54,550 bases of DNA, taken from assembly GCA_964392655.1 (NCBI GenBank), contig CAYMQY010000001.1:1-54550 (forward strand), in the 5' to 3' direction. This stretch comes from an uncultured Saprospiraceae bacterium (lineage in GTDB: Bacteria > Bacteroidota > Bacteroidia > Chitinophagales > Saprospiraceae). Numbering within the stretch: position 1 is the stretch's first letter; each line of letters starts with the position of its first letter. The notes below the pieces were generated by a model. That model saw nothing but the letters and a program-made list of their open reading frames with translations. It ran no database searches and was not told the DNA's origin. Shown here one piece after another: positions 9,823 to 19,800 of the stretch. The position numbers and the translations under genes are program-made.

Positions 9823-10992
9823 TCAGGCACCCACCGAATTCGCCGCCGGGTGGTTGGCAGTTGAAATACCCGCTGCTCCGGCCCAGCGGTACAGGTCCTG
9901 ACGCGCGAGTGCAGCGGCCATGAGTTCGGGAAACAGCGGCGGCGTGCAGGCAAATGCCGGGACGCCCAGAGCAGACAATGCCCCGGCATTCTCGTGGTCA
10001 TAGCCGGGCGCCCCCTCGTCGCTCAGGGCAAGCAGGGCGACCATGTTTACACCTGACTGCGTTATTGCGTGGATTTTTTTGAGCATTTCCGCACGGTTTC
10101 CGCCCTCGTACAGGTCGCTGATGAGCACCAGGAGCGTATCCTGCGGAGTTTGCACCAGAGTTTGGGCGTAGCCCAGCGCCTTGTTGATATCGGTACCGCC
10201 GCCAAGTTGGGTGGCAAAAAGCAATTCCACAGGGTCGTGCAGGTGTTCGGATAAATCTGCCACCGCCGTATCAAATGCGATAAGGCTGGTTCGCACGCTC
10301 CGCAGGGAGGCCAGCACGGCGCCGAATACGGCGGCGTACACCACCGAACCTGCCATGGATCCACTCTGGTCCACCAGCAGGATGATATGCCGAAGCGCTT
10401 TGCCCTTGCGGCCGAAACCGGTCACGCGTTCGGGCACGATGGTTCCCTGATCGGGCTGATAGTGCTTCAGGTTTTGAAGGATCGTCCGGTTCCAGTCAAT
10501 TTCATTGGCGCGGGGCCGGCGGTTGCGCGCACTGCGATGGATGGCCTGCCGCACCGCTGTTTGCAAGGAGGCTCCGAGGCGTCGTTCGAGGTCGTCCACC
10601 ACACGGCGCACCACGGACCGCGCGGTGTCTCGGGTTTTGGCGGGCATGGCTTTTTGCAAATTGAGCAGGGTAGCCACAAGATGCACGTCGGGTTCGACGG
10701 CGGCCAGCAATTCGGGTTCAAGCAGCAGTTGGGCCAAACCCAGGCGCTCCAGCGCGTCGCGTTGCATGAGTTGTACCACCGGCGTGGGGAAGTAGCGCCG
10801 GATATCGCCGAGCCAGCGATTCACGTTGGGCGCCGAGCGCCCCAGCCCGCCCTGCCGGTCGGCATCGTAGAGGGCTTCCAGCACCCGGTCCATGCCGGCC
10901 GGTTCGCCTTCGAGGCGTTGTTCCCCTTCGGGATCGGCGGCACGGCCGAGGATGAGGCGCCAGCGTTCGGTAGTTGAGTCGGCATTCAGCAT
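9823..10992 (-). CDS. von Willebrand factor A (VWA) domain protein
   Basis: ATG start at 10992. Contains the MIDAS motif LLVDQSGSM and a VWA-like layout (TDINKALGYAQTL...LISDLYEGG). Confidence 0.85.
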   Translation of the reverse strand: MLNADSTTERWRLILGRAADPEGEQRLEGEPAGMDRVLEALYDADRQGGLGRSAPNVNRWLGDIRRYFPTPVVQLMQRDALERLGLAQLLLEPELLAAVEPDVHLVATLLNLQKAMPAKTRDTARSVVRRVVDDLERRLGASLQTAVRQAIHRSARNRRPRANEIDWNRTILQNLKHYQPDQGTIVPERVTGFGRKGKALRHIILLVDQSGSMAGSVVYAAVFGAVLASLRSVRTSLIAFDTAVADLSEHLHDPVELLFATQLGGGTDINKALGYAQTLVQTPQDTLLVLISDLYEGGNRAEMLKKIHAITQSGVNMVALLALSDEGAPGYDHENAGALSALGVPAFACTPPLFPELMAAALARQDLYRWAGAAGISTANHPAANSVGA

Positions 10993-11024
10993 ATCGGGGA
11001 CAAATCTGCGTCTGATTCAGGTTT

Positions 11025-11687
11025 TCAACACAATATTTTTTTCAAAAACAAGCCCGTTACCACTCCCACGGTTAACCCCATAAGTACGCCGGAAACAACA
11101 GCGGACAGCATAATTTGCCAGATCGGCTCACTCCCGTCAGGCCAGGAAGCACCGAGGTACACCCACCACAGTCCCGCCCCCCAAGCAAGGCTGTTTGCAA
11201 CAATCCAGCGACTCGAACCGGGTACATAGCGCCGTAACACACGTTGCTGTGCCCATCCGAAAATGGCGCCCAACACAAGCCCCATACCTACGGCAGCCAA
11301 GGCTACCACCCACAACGAGGGTTCAACTTGTACCGGCTGTGGGTCGGATACCTGCGAGCCGGACAGCAGGGTAGAAGGCAACATACCCAAAAACCAACCT
11401 GCCGCAGCCACGAGCACGGTGGCTCTAATCCATGCCGCCCGCGACAGGTTGGGAATTTTTTCAACTAAAACGCCGGCCTGAAAAGCGCCCACCAGCCAGC
11501 CTTCTACGGAGCCGGCGGCGACCATAGCCGCAAGAACCCCGATTTTTTCGGCAATGGTTGTCGGTTCACCAATCCAGTACAGCGTCAGCCCGGCCACCAC
11601 TCCGGCAGCGCCGATGCCCAAAAACTCCGCTGCACCGCAAGCCAGTACCCACCGGCGGAAGAACAGGCTTTCGGAAGTCCGGGTCAT
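11025..11687 (-). CDS. Hypothetical polytopic membrane protein
   Basis: 220-aa ORF with several hydrophobic helices and an apparent two-fold internal repeat. Its start overlaps the upstream stop by 4 nt (ATGA). Confidence 0.65.
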   Translation of the reverse strand: MTRTSESLFFRRWVLACGAAEFLGIGAAGVVAGLTLYWIGEPTTIAEKIGVLAAMVAAGSVEGWLVGAFQAGVLVEKIPNLSRAAWIRATVLVAAAGWFLGMLPSTLLSGSQVSDPQPVQVEPSLWVVALAAVGMGLVLGAIFGWAQQRVLRRYVPGSSRWIVANSLAWGAGLWWVYLGASWPDGSEPIWQIMLSAVVSGVLMGLTVGVVTGLFLKKILC

Positions 11688-12040
11688 ACCGCCGGTTGTT
11701 TATCCAGGTATTTTTCCAGCAGGTCGGGGACGCGTTCAAATGCTGCCGCCAGCCCTTTGCTGTGTTTGGCCGGGATGAAGGAAATATCATCCCCTTTGGT
11801 GACCAGGAATCCAACCGGCTCGATACCCATGCCCGCGCCGGCGCCGCTGCCTTCACCGCGGGCCTGTTTCTCGTCGCCGCCTTCGCCGCCGCCGTAGCCG
11901 AAGCCCATACCGAGCCGGATCACCGGTACGCAGGTAAATTCACCGAGTTTGAACTCTTTTCCGATCACCGTTTCCGTTTTGGCTTCGCCGTGGAGGAACT
12001 CCGTTACTTTGGCGAGCACATCATCAAAATTTGCTTTCAT
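11684..12040 (-). CDS. GerW/YtfJ-family protein
   Basis: 118 aa. The pattern VIGKEFKLGEFTCVPVIRLGMGFGYGGGEGG...GMGIEPVGFLVTKGDDISFIP matches the Bacillus YtfJ/GerW layout as I remember it. Confidence 0.8.
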   Translation of the reverse strand: MKANFDDVLAKVTEFLHGEAKTETVIGKEFKLGEFTCVPVIRLGMGFGYGGGEGGDEKQARGEGSGAGAGMGIEPVGFLVTKGDDISFIPAKHSKGLAAAFERVPDLLEKYLDKQPAV

Positions 12041-12068
12041 AATGTTGAAATTGTATTTGTGACCTATT

Positions 12069-12599
12069 TCAATTTTTAAAAATCAATGTTTTACCTGCGG
12101 CCCAAAGGATACGCCCGAGCCGGTTTTCCACGACCAGATGTACTTCCTGTTTGCCGACAAAATTGACCCCGATCGTACCGTTGATGTGCATACCCAGAAT
12201 ATGCGCCACGGGATAAGCCCACGCATTGCAGATGAAATTCCCGCTATCCCAAGCGATATGACATTTCCGCACGCGAAATGTCCGGATGATACGCCTTGCC
12301 AGTCGAATCAGTACCCTGGTGGAAATTCGCTTGCCGGAGCGCTGCACATTTTTTTTAGCCGGCGGCGGTTCGGTTTTTGTGCCGGACGAAGAAGCGTTCA
12401 TTTGTATTTGCCTGCGCCACCCAAAAACCCGGAGATGCAAAATATCCCACGCATCTGCCGGCGCCCATATCACCTCGAATATACTACCCCAATCCACGCC
12501 GACAACTCCGCGCCGGCTATCAATTTCCAAGCGAAAAACCGCAAAAAGCAGCCACGCTGTCAACCCCAAAAAAACAAGCAAAATGATTCCGAAAACCAT
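12069..12599 (-). CDS. Membrane-anchored hypothetical protein, possibly DUF2953/YtfI-like
   Basis: Trimmed to ATG 12599, giving the transmembrane anchor MVFGIILLVFLGLTAWLLFAVF. The family call rests mainly on its position immediately upstream of the ytfJ-like gene. The track's upstream extension to 12929 would overlap the porU start. Confidence 0.5.
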   Translation of the reverse strand: MVFGIILLVFLGLTAWLLFAVFRLEIDSRRGVVGVDWGSIFEVIWAPADAWDILHLRVFGWRRQIQMNASSSGTKTEPPPAKKNVQRSGKRISTRVLIRLARRIIRTFRVRKCHIAWDSGNFICNAWAYPVAHILGMHINGTIGVNFVGKQEVHLVVENRLGRILWAAGKTLIFKN

Positions 12600-12840
12600 C
12601 TTTCGAGTTTGAGGCTGCAAAGGTGTTTTCACCCATTGACTTGTGCGTTGACCTACATCAGAAAGCGATATGATTGAAGGGCGCGTTGTTCTTTTCGCCA
12701 ACACCTGCCAAACCACGTCATCCGATTTTGCGGCGCCATCTTTTCCGGCAGAAATTTGTTCTGCCTTGAAAAATAGCGGCTTCGGGCAACCCCGATCGGA
12801 ATGCCCGCGCCATTCGACCTGACACAACAAACACGTTTTG

Positions 12841-15800
12841 ATGATGAAACTTCGGCTTTTGTTTCTCACCCTGCTCGGCGCCGCAGCGCTGTCCGCACAA
12901 AGTTCTTTCCAAATTCGGCATACACTCAACTGGGCCGCAGAACCCTACCGGCATACCCTGTCGAACGGCGATGTGGTGGAGCAGTGGCGTTTCGACAACT
13001 GCGACTTCACCGACGAAGCGCCTGCGCTGCCGATGTTCACGGAACGTTTCCCCTTGCAGGGTCGTGCCCGGCTGACGGTGGAAGTGACTGCCGCGACCTA
13101 CGAGCCTTTCGCACTGAAAAACGCACCCGATGCGGCCGTCATCGGCGATGACCTCGATATTCAGGCTGTCGTGGAACAGGAGCGGAATCAGTTTTTCGGA
13201 CGGGTCAAATTTTATCCCGTTCGCCGCTCGGGCAGCGGATACGAACGCGTCACGGAGTTTACGCTCACAGTACGCATCTCGGCCCCCGAACCGGTACCGG
13301 CCAAACCGCGCGGCGGGCCGAACACCTTCACCTCGGTGCTGAGCGACGGCACGGTGTATAAATTCGGTGTGAGCCAAAGCGGTGTGTACCGCCTCGATTT
13401 CGGCTTTCTGAAAAACACCCTCGGCATTGCCAACCTCGAAAGTATTGACCCGCGCCAGATTCGCCTGTACGGCAATGGCGGCGCCATGCTGTCCGAACGC
13501 ACCGACGATACCCGTGCCGACGACCTGCTGGAAAACGCCATTTTCGTATCGGGTGAAGCCGACGGAAAATTTGACAACGGCGACTACATCCTGTTTTATG
13601 CCACCGGGCCGGCGCCCTGGACGTACCGGCCAAGCACTACGGACCCGGAACTGACCATTCAGCAGCACCTGTACGACCAGTATGCGTATTATTTCATAAA
13701 AATCGGCGGCGGGCAAGGTATTCGCGTGCAGGAGCAGGCAAGTGTGCCGGCCGGCTACATCACCGAGGAGTTTGACGACGTACGTCGTCTGGAAGATGAG
13801 AAAGTGAACCTGCTCAACCTGTTCAGTTCGGCGCAAGGCTCGGGCAAGCGCTGGTTTGGCGACTACTTTTTCCAAACCCGCGAACGCAGTTACACCTTCA
13901 ATTTTCCCAACCTCGTGCCCGGGTCTTCCGCGCGTTTGCGCAGCGAATTCGCCGGACGGGCCGGAACCAACACGACGGTGCAACTTGTAGCCGGAGGGTC
14001 GCAGTTTAACCAAAACGTTTTCGGTGTACCGGTGAGCAACAACGAGGCCGACTTTGCTTCCAATGCCCTGATTCGCGGCACGTTTCAGCCTGCTGGCGAT
14101 AACGTGGAAGTAGTGGTGCGGTACCTGCAAGCAGCCATCACCAGCGAGGGCTGGCTCGACTACATCGAACTGAATGCCCGGCGCCGGCTGCTGATGACCG
14201 GAGCGTCCATGGAATTTCGCGATCTGCAAACCCTCGCGCAACCGGCATCCACGTTCCGCATCGGCGGAGTTACCGGAGGCCCCCTTCTAGTGTGGGACAT
14301 CACCGACCGGCAGGTACCCAAACGCCAGGCAACGACGGCGACGGGCAACACGGTGGAATTCGGCGCCGCTACCCAGGGCGTGTTGCGCAATTTCGTCGCC
14401 TTTTATGACAATGCCGCCTTGCCGAAACCGGAAAAAACCGTCGGAAAAATTGACAACCAGAACATCCACGGCCTCGATAACCTGCACATGGCCATCGTAT
14501 ACCACCCTGACCTGGAAGCAGCCGCCAAACAATTGGCCGAACACCGCCGTACATACAGCGGCCTTGATGTGGCAACCGTCCGGATAGACCAACTGTACAA
14601 CGAGTTTTCTTCCGGCATGAAAGACCCGACGGCTATCCGCGATTTCGCCCGGATGCTGCTGGATCGCGCCCCCGGCAAGTTCGACTACCTGCTGCTCTTC
14701 GGCGACGGCTCCTTCGATCCCAAAAACAACACTGCCGGCGACGACAACCTCGACCTGATACCGGTTTTTGAAACCTACCAGTCGTTCAACCCGATCTACT
14801 CGTTTCCTTCCGACGACTACTTTGCCCTGCTCAGCGACGGCGAGGGTGGCAGTCTGGTCGGCTCGTTAGACATTGCTGTGGGGCGTGTCACACCCCGCAA
14901 TGCGACTGAAGCGCAGGCTATTGTGAAAAAAATAATGGACTACGACAACAATCCGGAGACACTCGGCGACTGGCGTCTGCGCCTGCTGTATTTCGCCGAC
15001 GACGAGGACTGGAATGCGCACATCAACCAGGCGGAGGACTCCTTGGCCTGGGCGGCGGCGAACACCGAAAAGTGGTTCAATCTCGAAAAAGTGTACTTCG
15101 ACGCCTACCAGCAAGTGGCGACATCCAGTGAAAAGCGCATCCCCGACGCCAAGGCGGCCATCAACGCCAATATTTTCAAAGGTGGCCTGATTGCCCAGTA
15201 CATCGGCCACGGCGGCCCGCGCGGCTGGGCGCAGGAACGGGTGATTGACAACAATGACATTGCCGGCTGGGAAAATGCCAACCGCTATCCGCTGATTATC
15301 ACGGCGACCTGCTCGTTTGGCGGTTACGACGACTACGGCACCCTCACCGGCGGCGAGCAGGCACTGCTCAAGGTCAATTCCGGTGCCGTGGCGTTGTTCA
15401 CCACCGTGCGTGCCGTGTTCATTGACGGCAACAACAAACTGACCGACGCTGTGCAGCGGGTCATCTTCCAGCGCCTGCCGAACGGAAAATACCGCACCAT
15501 CGGCGACATCCTGAAAGACGCCAAAAACACCCTCAGCAGCGGCAACGAAAACAACGGCCGCCGTTTCACCCTGCTCGGCGACCCGGCCATGTTCCTCGCC
15601 CTGCCGGAACACCGCGTCCGTACCACAGGCATCAACGGCAAGGCGTTTAATCCTGCACAACCCGATACCATTCGCGCGCTCATGCCTGTGGAACTGGAGG
15701 GTGAACTGACGGACCTCAACGGGAATTTTCTTCCGGATTTCAACGGACGCGTGTTTGTCACCCTGTTTGACAAAAAACAAACCCTGTACACCCTTGGGCA

Positions 15801-16707
15801 GGACGAACGCAGCCAGGTGCGGCCTTTCACGGCCCAGCGCAGCATCCTCTTCAAAGGGAGCGCTACGGTGACCAACGGGCGGTTCAAAATCAATTTTGTG
15901 GTGCCCAAGGACATCAACTATTCCTTCGGATTCGGCAAGCTCAGTTACTACGCCGAAGATGGCACCCCGCTCGATGCTGCCGGCGCCGACACGGAAGTGG
16001 TCATCGGTGGCACAGCCAATACGATCAAGGATGAAAATCCGCCCCTTGTGCAGATATTTCTCAACACCGACGCCTTCGCTTTTGGCGGCATCACAGACAA
16101 GAATCCGACCATTTTAGTGAAATGCTCCGACGACTACGGCATGAACGTGACTGGCGCCGGCCTGGGACACGACCTGACCGTGGTGCTCGACGGCAATGTG
16201 CTGGAGACAATCGTGCTGAACGATTTTTACGAAAGCGCTCAGGACGACGCCCGGCGCGGACAGGCGCTGTACCCCTTGCGCAGCCTCGCTCCCGGCAGGC
16301 ATACCCTGCTGGCCAAAGGCTGGGATATCGCCAACAATTCCGGCGAGGGCTACACCGAGTTTGTAGTGGCCGAGGACGGCAAAGCAGCGCTGGCGCACGT
16401 CCTGAATTACCCCAATCCGTTCACGACAAATACCAATTTTCAGTTTGAACACAACCTTGCGGGACAGGTGCTGGATGTGCAGGTCAGCATTTTTTCCGTG
16501 TCGGGCAAATTAGTCAAGACCATCCTGCACACGGCTCCTGCCGACGGCTTCCGCGTGACCGACATTTCCTGGAACGGTCGCGACGAGTACGGCGATGTGC
16601 TGGCGCGCGGAGTGTACCTGTACCGCATCAAAGTGCGCGGCACCGATGTAAGCGGGGGGACGGCTACTGCCGAGAGTGCGTTTGAAAAATTGGTTATTCT
16701 GAAATAA
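12841..16707 (+). CDS. porU: Type IX secretion system sortase PorU (C25 gingipain-like peptidase)
   Basis: ~1288 aa with signal peptide MMKLRLLFLTLLGAAALSAQ; the track start at 12838 is TTG and ATG lies at 12841. The C25-like catalytic region includes YIGHGGPRGWAQE and ATCSFGGYDD. A C-terminal T9SS-type domain is present (NYPNPFTTNTNFQFE...GVYLYRIKV). Confidence 0.9.
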   Translation: MMKLRLLFLTLLGAAALSAQSSFQIRHTLNWAAEPYRHTLSNGDVVEQWRFDNCDFTDEAPALPMFTERFPLQGRARLTVEVTAATYEPFALKNAPDAAVIGDDLDIQAVVEQERNQFFGRVKFYPVRRSGSGYERVTEFTLTVRISAPEPVPAKPRGGPNTFTSVLSDGTVYKFGVSQSGVYRLDFGFLKNTLGIANLESIDPRQIRLYGNGGAMLSERTDDTRADDLLENAIFVSGEADGKFDNGDYILFYATGPAPWTYRPSTTDPELTIQQHLYDQYAYYFIKIGGGQGIRVQEQASVPAGYITEEFDDVRRLEDEKVNLLNLFSSAQGSGKRWFGDYFFQTRERSYTFNFPNLVPGSSARLRSEFAGRAGTNTTVQLVAGGSQFNQNVFGVPVSNNEADFASNALIRGTFQPAGDNVEVVVRYLQAAITSEGWLDYIELNARRRLLMTGASMEFRDLQTLAQPASTFRIGGVTGGPLLVWDITDRQVPKRQATTATGNTVEFGAATQGVLRNFVAFYDNAALPKPEKTVGKIDNQNIHGLDNLHMAIVYHPDLEAAAKQLAEHRRTYSGLDVATVRIDQLYNEFSSGMKDPTAIRDFARMLLDRAPGKFDYLLLFGDGSFDPKNNTAGDDNLDLIPVFETYQSFNPIYSFPSDDYFALLSDGEGGSLVGSLDIAVGRVTPRNATEAQAIVKKIMDYDNNPETLGDWRLRLLYFADDEDWNAHINQAEDSLAWAAANTEKWFNLEKVYFDAYQQVATSSEKRIPDAKAAINANIFKGGLIAQYIGHGGPRGWAQERVIDNNDIAGWENANRYPLIITATCSFGGYDDYGTLTGGEQALLKVNSGAVALFTTVRAVFIDGNNKLTDAVQRVIFQRLPNGKYRTIGDILKDAKNTLSSGNENNGRRFTLLGDPAMFLALPEHRVRTTGINGKAFNPAQPDTIRALMPVELEGELTDLNGNFLPDFNGRVFVTLFDKKQTLYTLGQDERSQVRPFTAQRSILFKGSATVTNGRFKINFVVPKDINYSFGFGKLSYYAEDGTPLDAAGADTEVVIGGTANTIKDENPPLVQIFLNTDAFAFGGITDKNPTILVKCSDDYGMNVTGAGLGHDLTVVLDGNVLETIVLNDFYESAQDDARRGQALYPLRSLAPGRHTLLAKGWDIANNSGEGYTEFVVAEDGKAALAHVLNYPNPFTTNTNFQFEHNLAGQVLDVQVSIFSVSGKLVKTILHTAPADGFRVTDISWNGRDEYGDVLARGVYLYRIKVRGTDVSGGTATAESAFEKLVILK

Positions 16708-16984
16708 AACATGCAGCATTTCCTCACAGCCTTTTGTTTGGTGTTTCTCTGTGAAATACCTCAGTGCTCTCTGTGTTAAAAAAATGCTACGGATGGATTG
16801 AAACAGTTTTTTGCACAGCCCCTCTGACATGAGCCACATTCTGCATTTTCAATTTTAGAGGCACTCAATTCCGGGATTCGGCGCCACGCGATTGATTAAC
16901 CAAACGTTAAGCCCCGGCCCAAAATACTGCCTCGCAAAATCGGTTTATACACCCGCACTTTTTTACACGTTCAGCAAAAATTTC

Positions 16985-17704
16985 ATGAAAAACATTACCC
17001 GCATTTTTTCTGTATTACTTGTCCCCTTTCTTTTCAGCGGCTGCGACACCCTGGAGCAAATTGCCAAAGAGGCTATGAATGAGCCTTCCATCACCGAAAT
17101 CGGTCAGGGCCTCAAGGATGCTCTGGGCAAGGGCGTTACCAAGGGCGTGAACACCCTGTCGGCGCAGGACGGTTACTTTAAAAGCGCCTATAAAATTCTG
17201 TTGCCGGCAGAGGCCCGCACCGTGACCGGCAAACTCAAAGCCGTGCCCGGTTTTACCAACATCGAAAATGAACTGCTCGAAAAAATCAACCGCGGCGCCG
17301 AAGATGCGGCCAAAGAAGCCGGGCCGATTTTTATGTCGGCCATAAAAGGCATGACGTTTCAGGACGCCACCAACATCCTTATGGGCGCCGACAACGCCGC
17401 TACGGCATACCTGAATCGAACGACTTACCAGCAGTTGTACGCCAGTTTCAAACCCAAAATCGGGAATTCTCTGGACAAAATCGGGGCGAACAGCCTGTGG
17501 AAAAGCGCCGCCGACGCCTACAACAAAATCCCCTTGGTGACCAAGGTCAACGCCGATCTTGGCGACTATGTAACTACCGAAGCGCTCAAAGGGCTGTTTG
17601 CCAAAGTGGAAGAAGAGGAGAAAAATATCCGCCGGAATGCGACTTCCCGTACGTCGGCGCTTTTGAAAAAAGTATTTGCCAAGCAGGATGCCAACCGGAA
17701 GTAG
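16985..17704 (+). CDS. DUF4197-family lipoprotein (copy 1)
   Basis: Trimmed to ATG 16985. MKNITRIFSVLLVPFLFSGC is a lipobox signal peptide. Highly similar along its whole length to the next gene. Confidence 0.8.
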   Translation: MKNITRIFSVLLVPFLFSGCDTLEQIAKEAMNEPSITEIGQGLKDALGKGVTKGVNTLSAQDGYFKSAYKILLPAEARTVTGKLKAVPGFTNIENELLEKINRGAEDAAKEAGPIFMSAIKGMTFQDATNILMGADNAATAYLNRTTYQQLYASFKPKIGNSLDKIGANSLWKSAADAYNKIPLVTKVNADLGDYVTTEALKGLFAKVEEEEKNIRRNATSRTSALLKKVFAKQDANRK

Positions 17705-17786
17705 GCTGTTGGCTATTGGCTGTTGGCTTCGGAAGAACCGTTTGCTATAGCACTCATCGTTCATCACCCATCACTAAAAATATACT

Positions 17787-18521
17787 ATGAAAAAGATCGT
17801 ACTGACACTGTTTGTGGTCACCTTCGGGTTGTCCGCAGCATCTGCCCAATTGTTGAAAGACCTGCAAAAAGGCGCCAAAGACCTGCTCGGCGGGGGCGAA
17901 CTCAGCAGCGCCGAAGTCGGCAAGGGCCTCAAGGAAGCCCTGTCGAAAGGGGTGGAAAAGGGCGTAAATGACCTGTCGGCCACCGACGGTTACTTCAAAA
18001 GCATGTACAAAATTCTGCTGCCCGAAGAGGCGCAGAAAGTGACCACACGGCTCAAAGCGGTGCCCGGATTTTCCAACGTAGAGGCCGATTTGATTGAAAA
18101 AATGAACCGCGGCGCGGAAAAAGCAGCCAAGGAAGCCGCGCCGATTTTTGCCAGCGCCATTACCAGCATGACTATTCAGGATGCGATGGATATCCTGATG
18201 GGCGCCGACAACTCAGCCACCACCTACCTGCGCAAATCCACGTTCCAGCAGTTGTACGACAAGTTTAATCCGGTGATCGTGAAGGCCCTCGACGAGATTG
18301 GCGCCAACGAACTGTGGCGCAGTGCTGCCACGGCGTACAACAACCTACCCTTGGTTACGCGCGTCAACACCGATCTGGATGACCACGTGACCACCAAGGC
18401 TCTTGACGGCCTTTTCGGTAAGATTCAAGAAGAGGAAAAAACCATCCGCCGGAATCCGGCGCTGCGCACGTCCGAACTGTTGAAAAAAGTGTTCGCCAAG
18501 CAGGATAGCAACCGGAAATAA
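17787..18521 (+). CDS. DUF4197-family secreted protein (copy 2)
   Basis: Signal peptide MKKIVLTLFVVTFGLSAASAQ. Shares long identical blocks with copy 1 (DGYFKS-YKILLP, LKAVPGF, ILMGADN, LLKKVFAKQD-NRK). Confidence 0.85.
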   Translation: MKKIVLTLFVVTFGLSAASAQLLKDLQKGAKDLLGGGELSSAEVGKGLKEALSKGVEKGVNDLSATDGYFKSMYKILLPEEAQKVTTRLKAVPGFSNVEADLIEKMNRGAEKAAKEAAPIFASAITSMTIQDAMDILMGADNSATTYLRKSTFQQLYDKFNPVIVKALDEIGANELWRSAATAYNNLPLVTRVNTDLDDHVTTKALDGLFGKIQEEEKTIRRNPALRTSELLKKVFAKQDSNRK

Positions 18522-18796
18522 GTTGCGCATGTATTGCCAGCAGCGCTGATACGCCGGAATTTTGTAGCAGTGCCTGTGCTCAAAAGGCAACTGCCGGGGC
18601 CAAAATCAAGAAGTAGTCTGCTTTTTACAGCCTGCTTTGATGCCCCGGCAGTTGCCAAATCCGGGGAGACGCCCACTTTGTTTATCTTTTTACGAACTAA
18701 TACTCAAATAGGCTAAACAATACGCACTGCACTACGTTGAAAGGCTGATTTATTTTGAAAGATTTTGCTTTTCACGCGTTCAACTTACCATTCACT

Positions 18797-19492
18797 ATGT
18801 TCGATTTTGCGCCTAACGGCCATGCTGTGTCTTACCCGGAACTTGACGATGAACTTGACATGCACATGTCCGATTCCAAAGATGTTCCTATGCACTCCCG
18901 GGCATTCGATCTGACCGACTCGGAGAAGGTAGCGCTCATTTCGGATCGCTTTGCAGAGATCATGGAAATTCTGGGGCTTGACCTGACCGACGACAGCCTG
19001 CGGGGCACACCCAAGCGCGTGGCCAAGATGTATGTGCAAGAGATTTTTCGGGGTTTGAACCCGGCCAACAAACCAGAGGCCACCGTTTTTGAAAACAAAT
19101 ACCGGTATCGCCGCCTCGTCATTGAGCGAAACATACCCCTTCAAAGCACTTGCGAGCACCACTTTCAACCGATTCTTGGCGTGGCGCATGTTGCATACAT
19201 CCCGACCGACAAGGTGGTCGGGTTGTCCAAGTTAAACCGCATTGTGGAATATTACGCGCGTCGGCCACAGGTCCAGGAACGGCTTACAGTTCAAATTGCC
19301 GACGAACTGAAGCGCACGCTCCATACCGACGACGTGGCAGTATACATTGATGCCAGCCACCTTTGCGTGCAGGCCCGTGGAGTGGAGCACCACGGCGCCA
19401 GCACCATCACGGCCGAGTATTCGGGGCGCTTCCTTAATGAGGAAACCAAACGGGAGTTCCTGCTTGCCGTGCATTCTAAAATGCCGAATTGA
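18797..19492 (+). CDS. folE: GTP cyclohydrolase I
   Basis: Contains GTPKRVAKMY, the zinc motif STCEHHFQPI, GLSKLNRIVE and RPQVQERLT. The track start at 18755 is TTG; the first ATG is 18797. Confidence 0.9.
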   Translation: MFDFAPNGHAVSYPELDDELDMHMSDSKDVPMHSRAFDLTDSEKVALISDRFAEIMEILGLDLTDDSLRGTPKRVAKMYVQEIFRGLNPANKPEATVFENKYRYRRLVIERNIPLQSTCEHHFQPILGVAHVAYIPTDKVVGLSKLNRIVEYYARRPQVQERLTVQIADELKRTLHTDDVAVYIDASHLCVQARGVEHHGASTITAEYSGRFLNEETKREFLLAVHSKMPN

Positions 19493-19800
19493 GTATCGGG
19501 TACCCCCTGTTTATTTGTTGTCTTTTTTGAAGCAACACTTTGGTTTTCATTCCATTGAATACACATTAAATTTTTTTCAATTTGTCCTGTTGGGTTGCAT
19601 ACCGGCTTGGGACAGGTGATCTTGTTGCCGTTTTTCAAGCTACTGCCAGCGAACAATACGGAACCATGAAGCCGGTGTAACTCCAAGATCGCGTTGTCTC
19701 CGACCGCAGGCTACACCTGTGTACCTGCCGGTTGGGGGCGGCGGCGAAAAAGAACAAACAGCAGGAAACCCCTTCGCCGGCCCCACCGGTAATTTTGGCT

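Noticed and set aside
12718-15780. Minus-strand ORFs of 507 aa (12718-14241) and 304 aa (14866-15780)
   Set aside because: Both lie entirely antisense to porU, which has strong family motifs. Their composition is low-complexity and Arg/Gly/Val/Ala-rich.
17015-17767. Minus-strand 250-aa ORF
   Set aside because: It is antisense to DUF4197 copy 1, whose reading frame is confirmed by strong similarity to the adjacent paralog.
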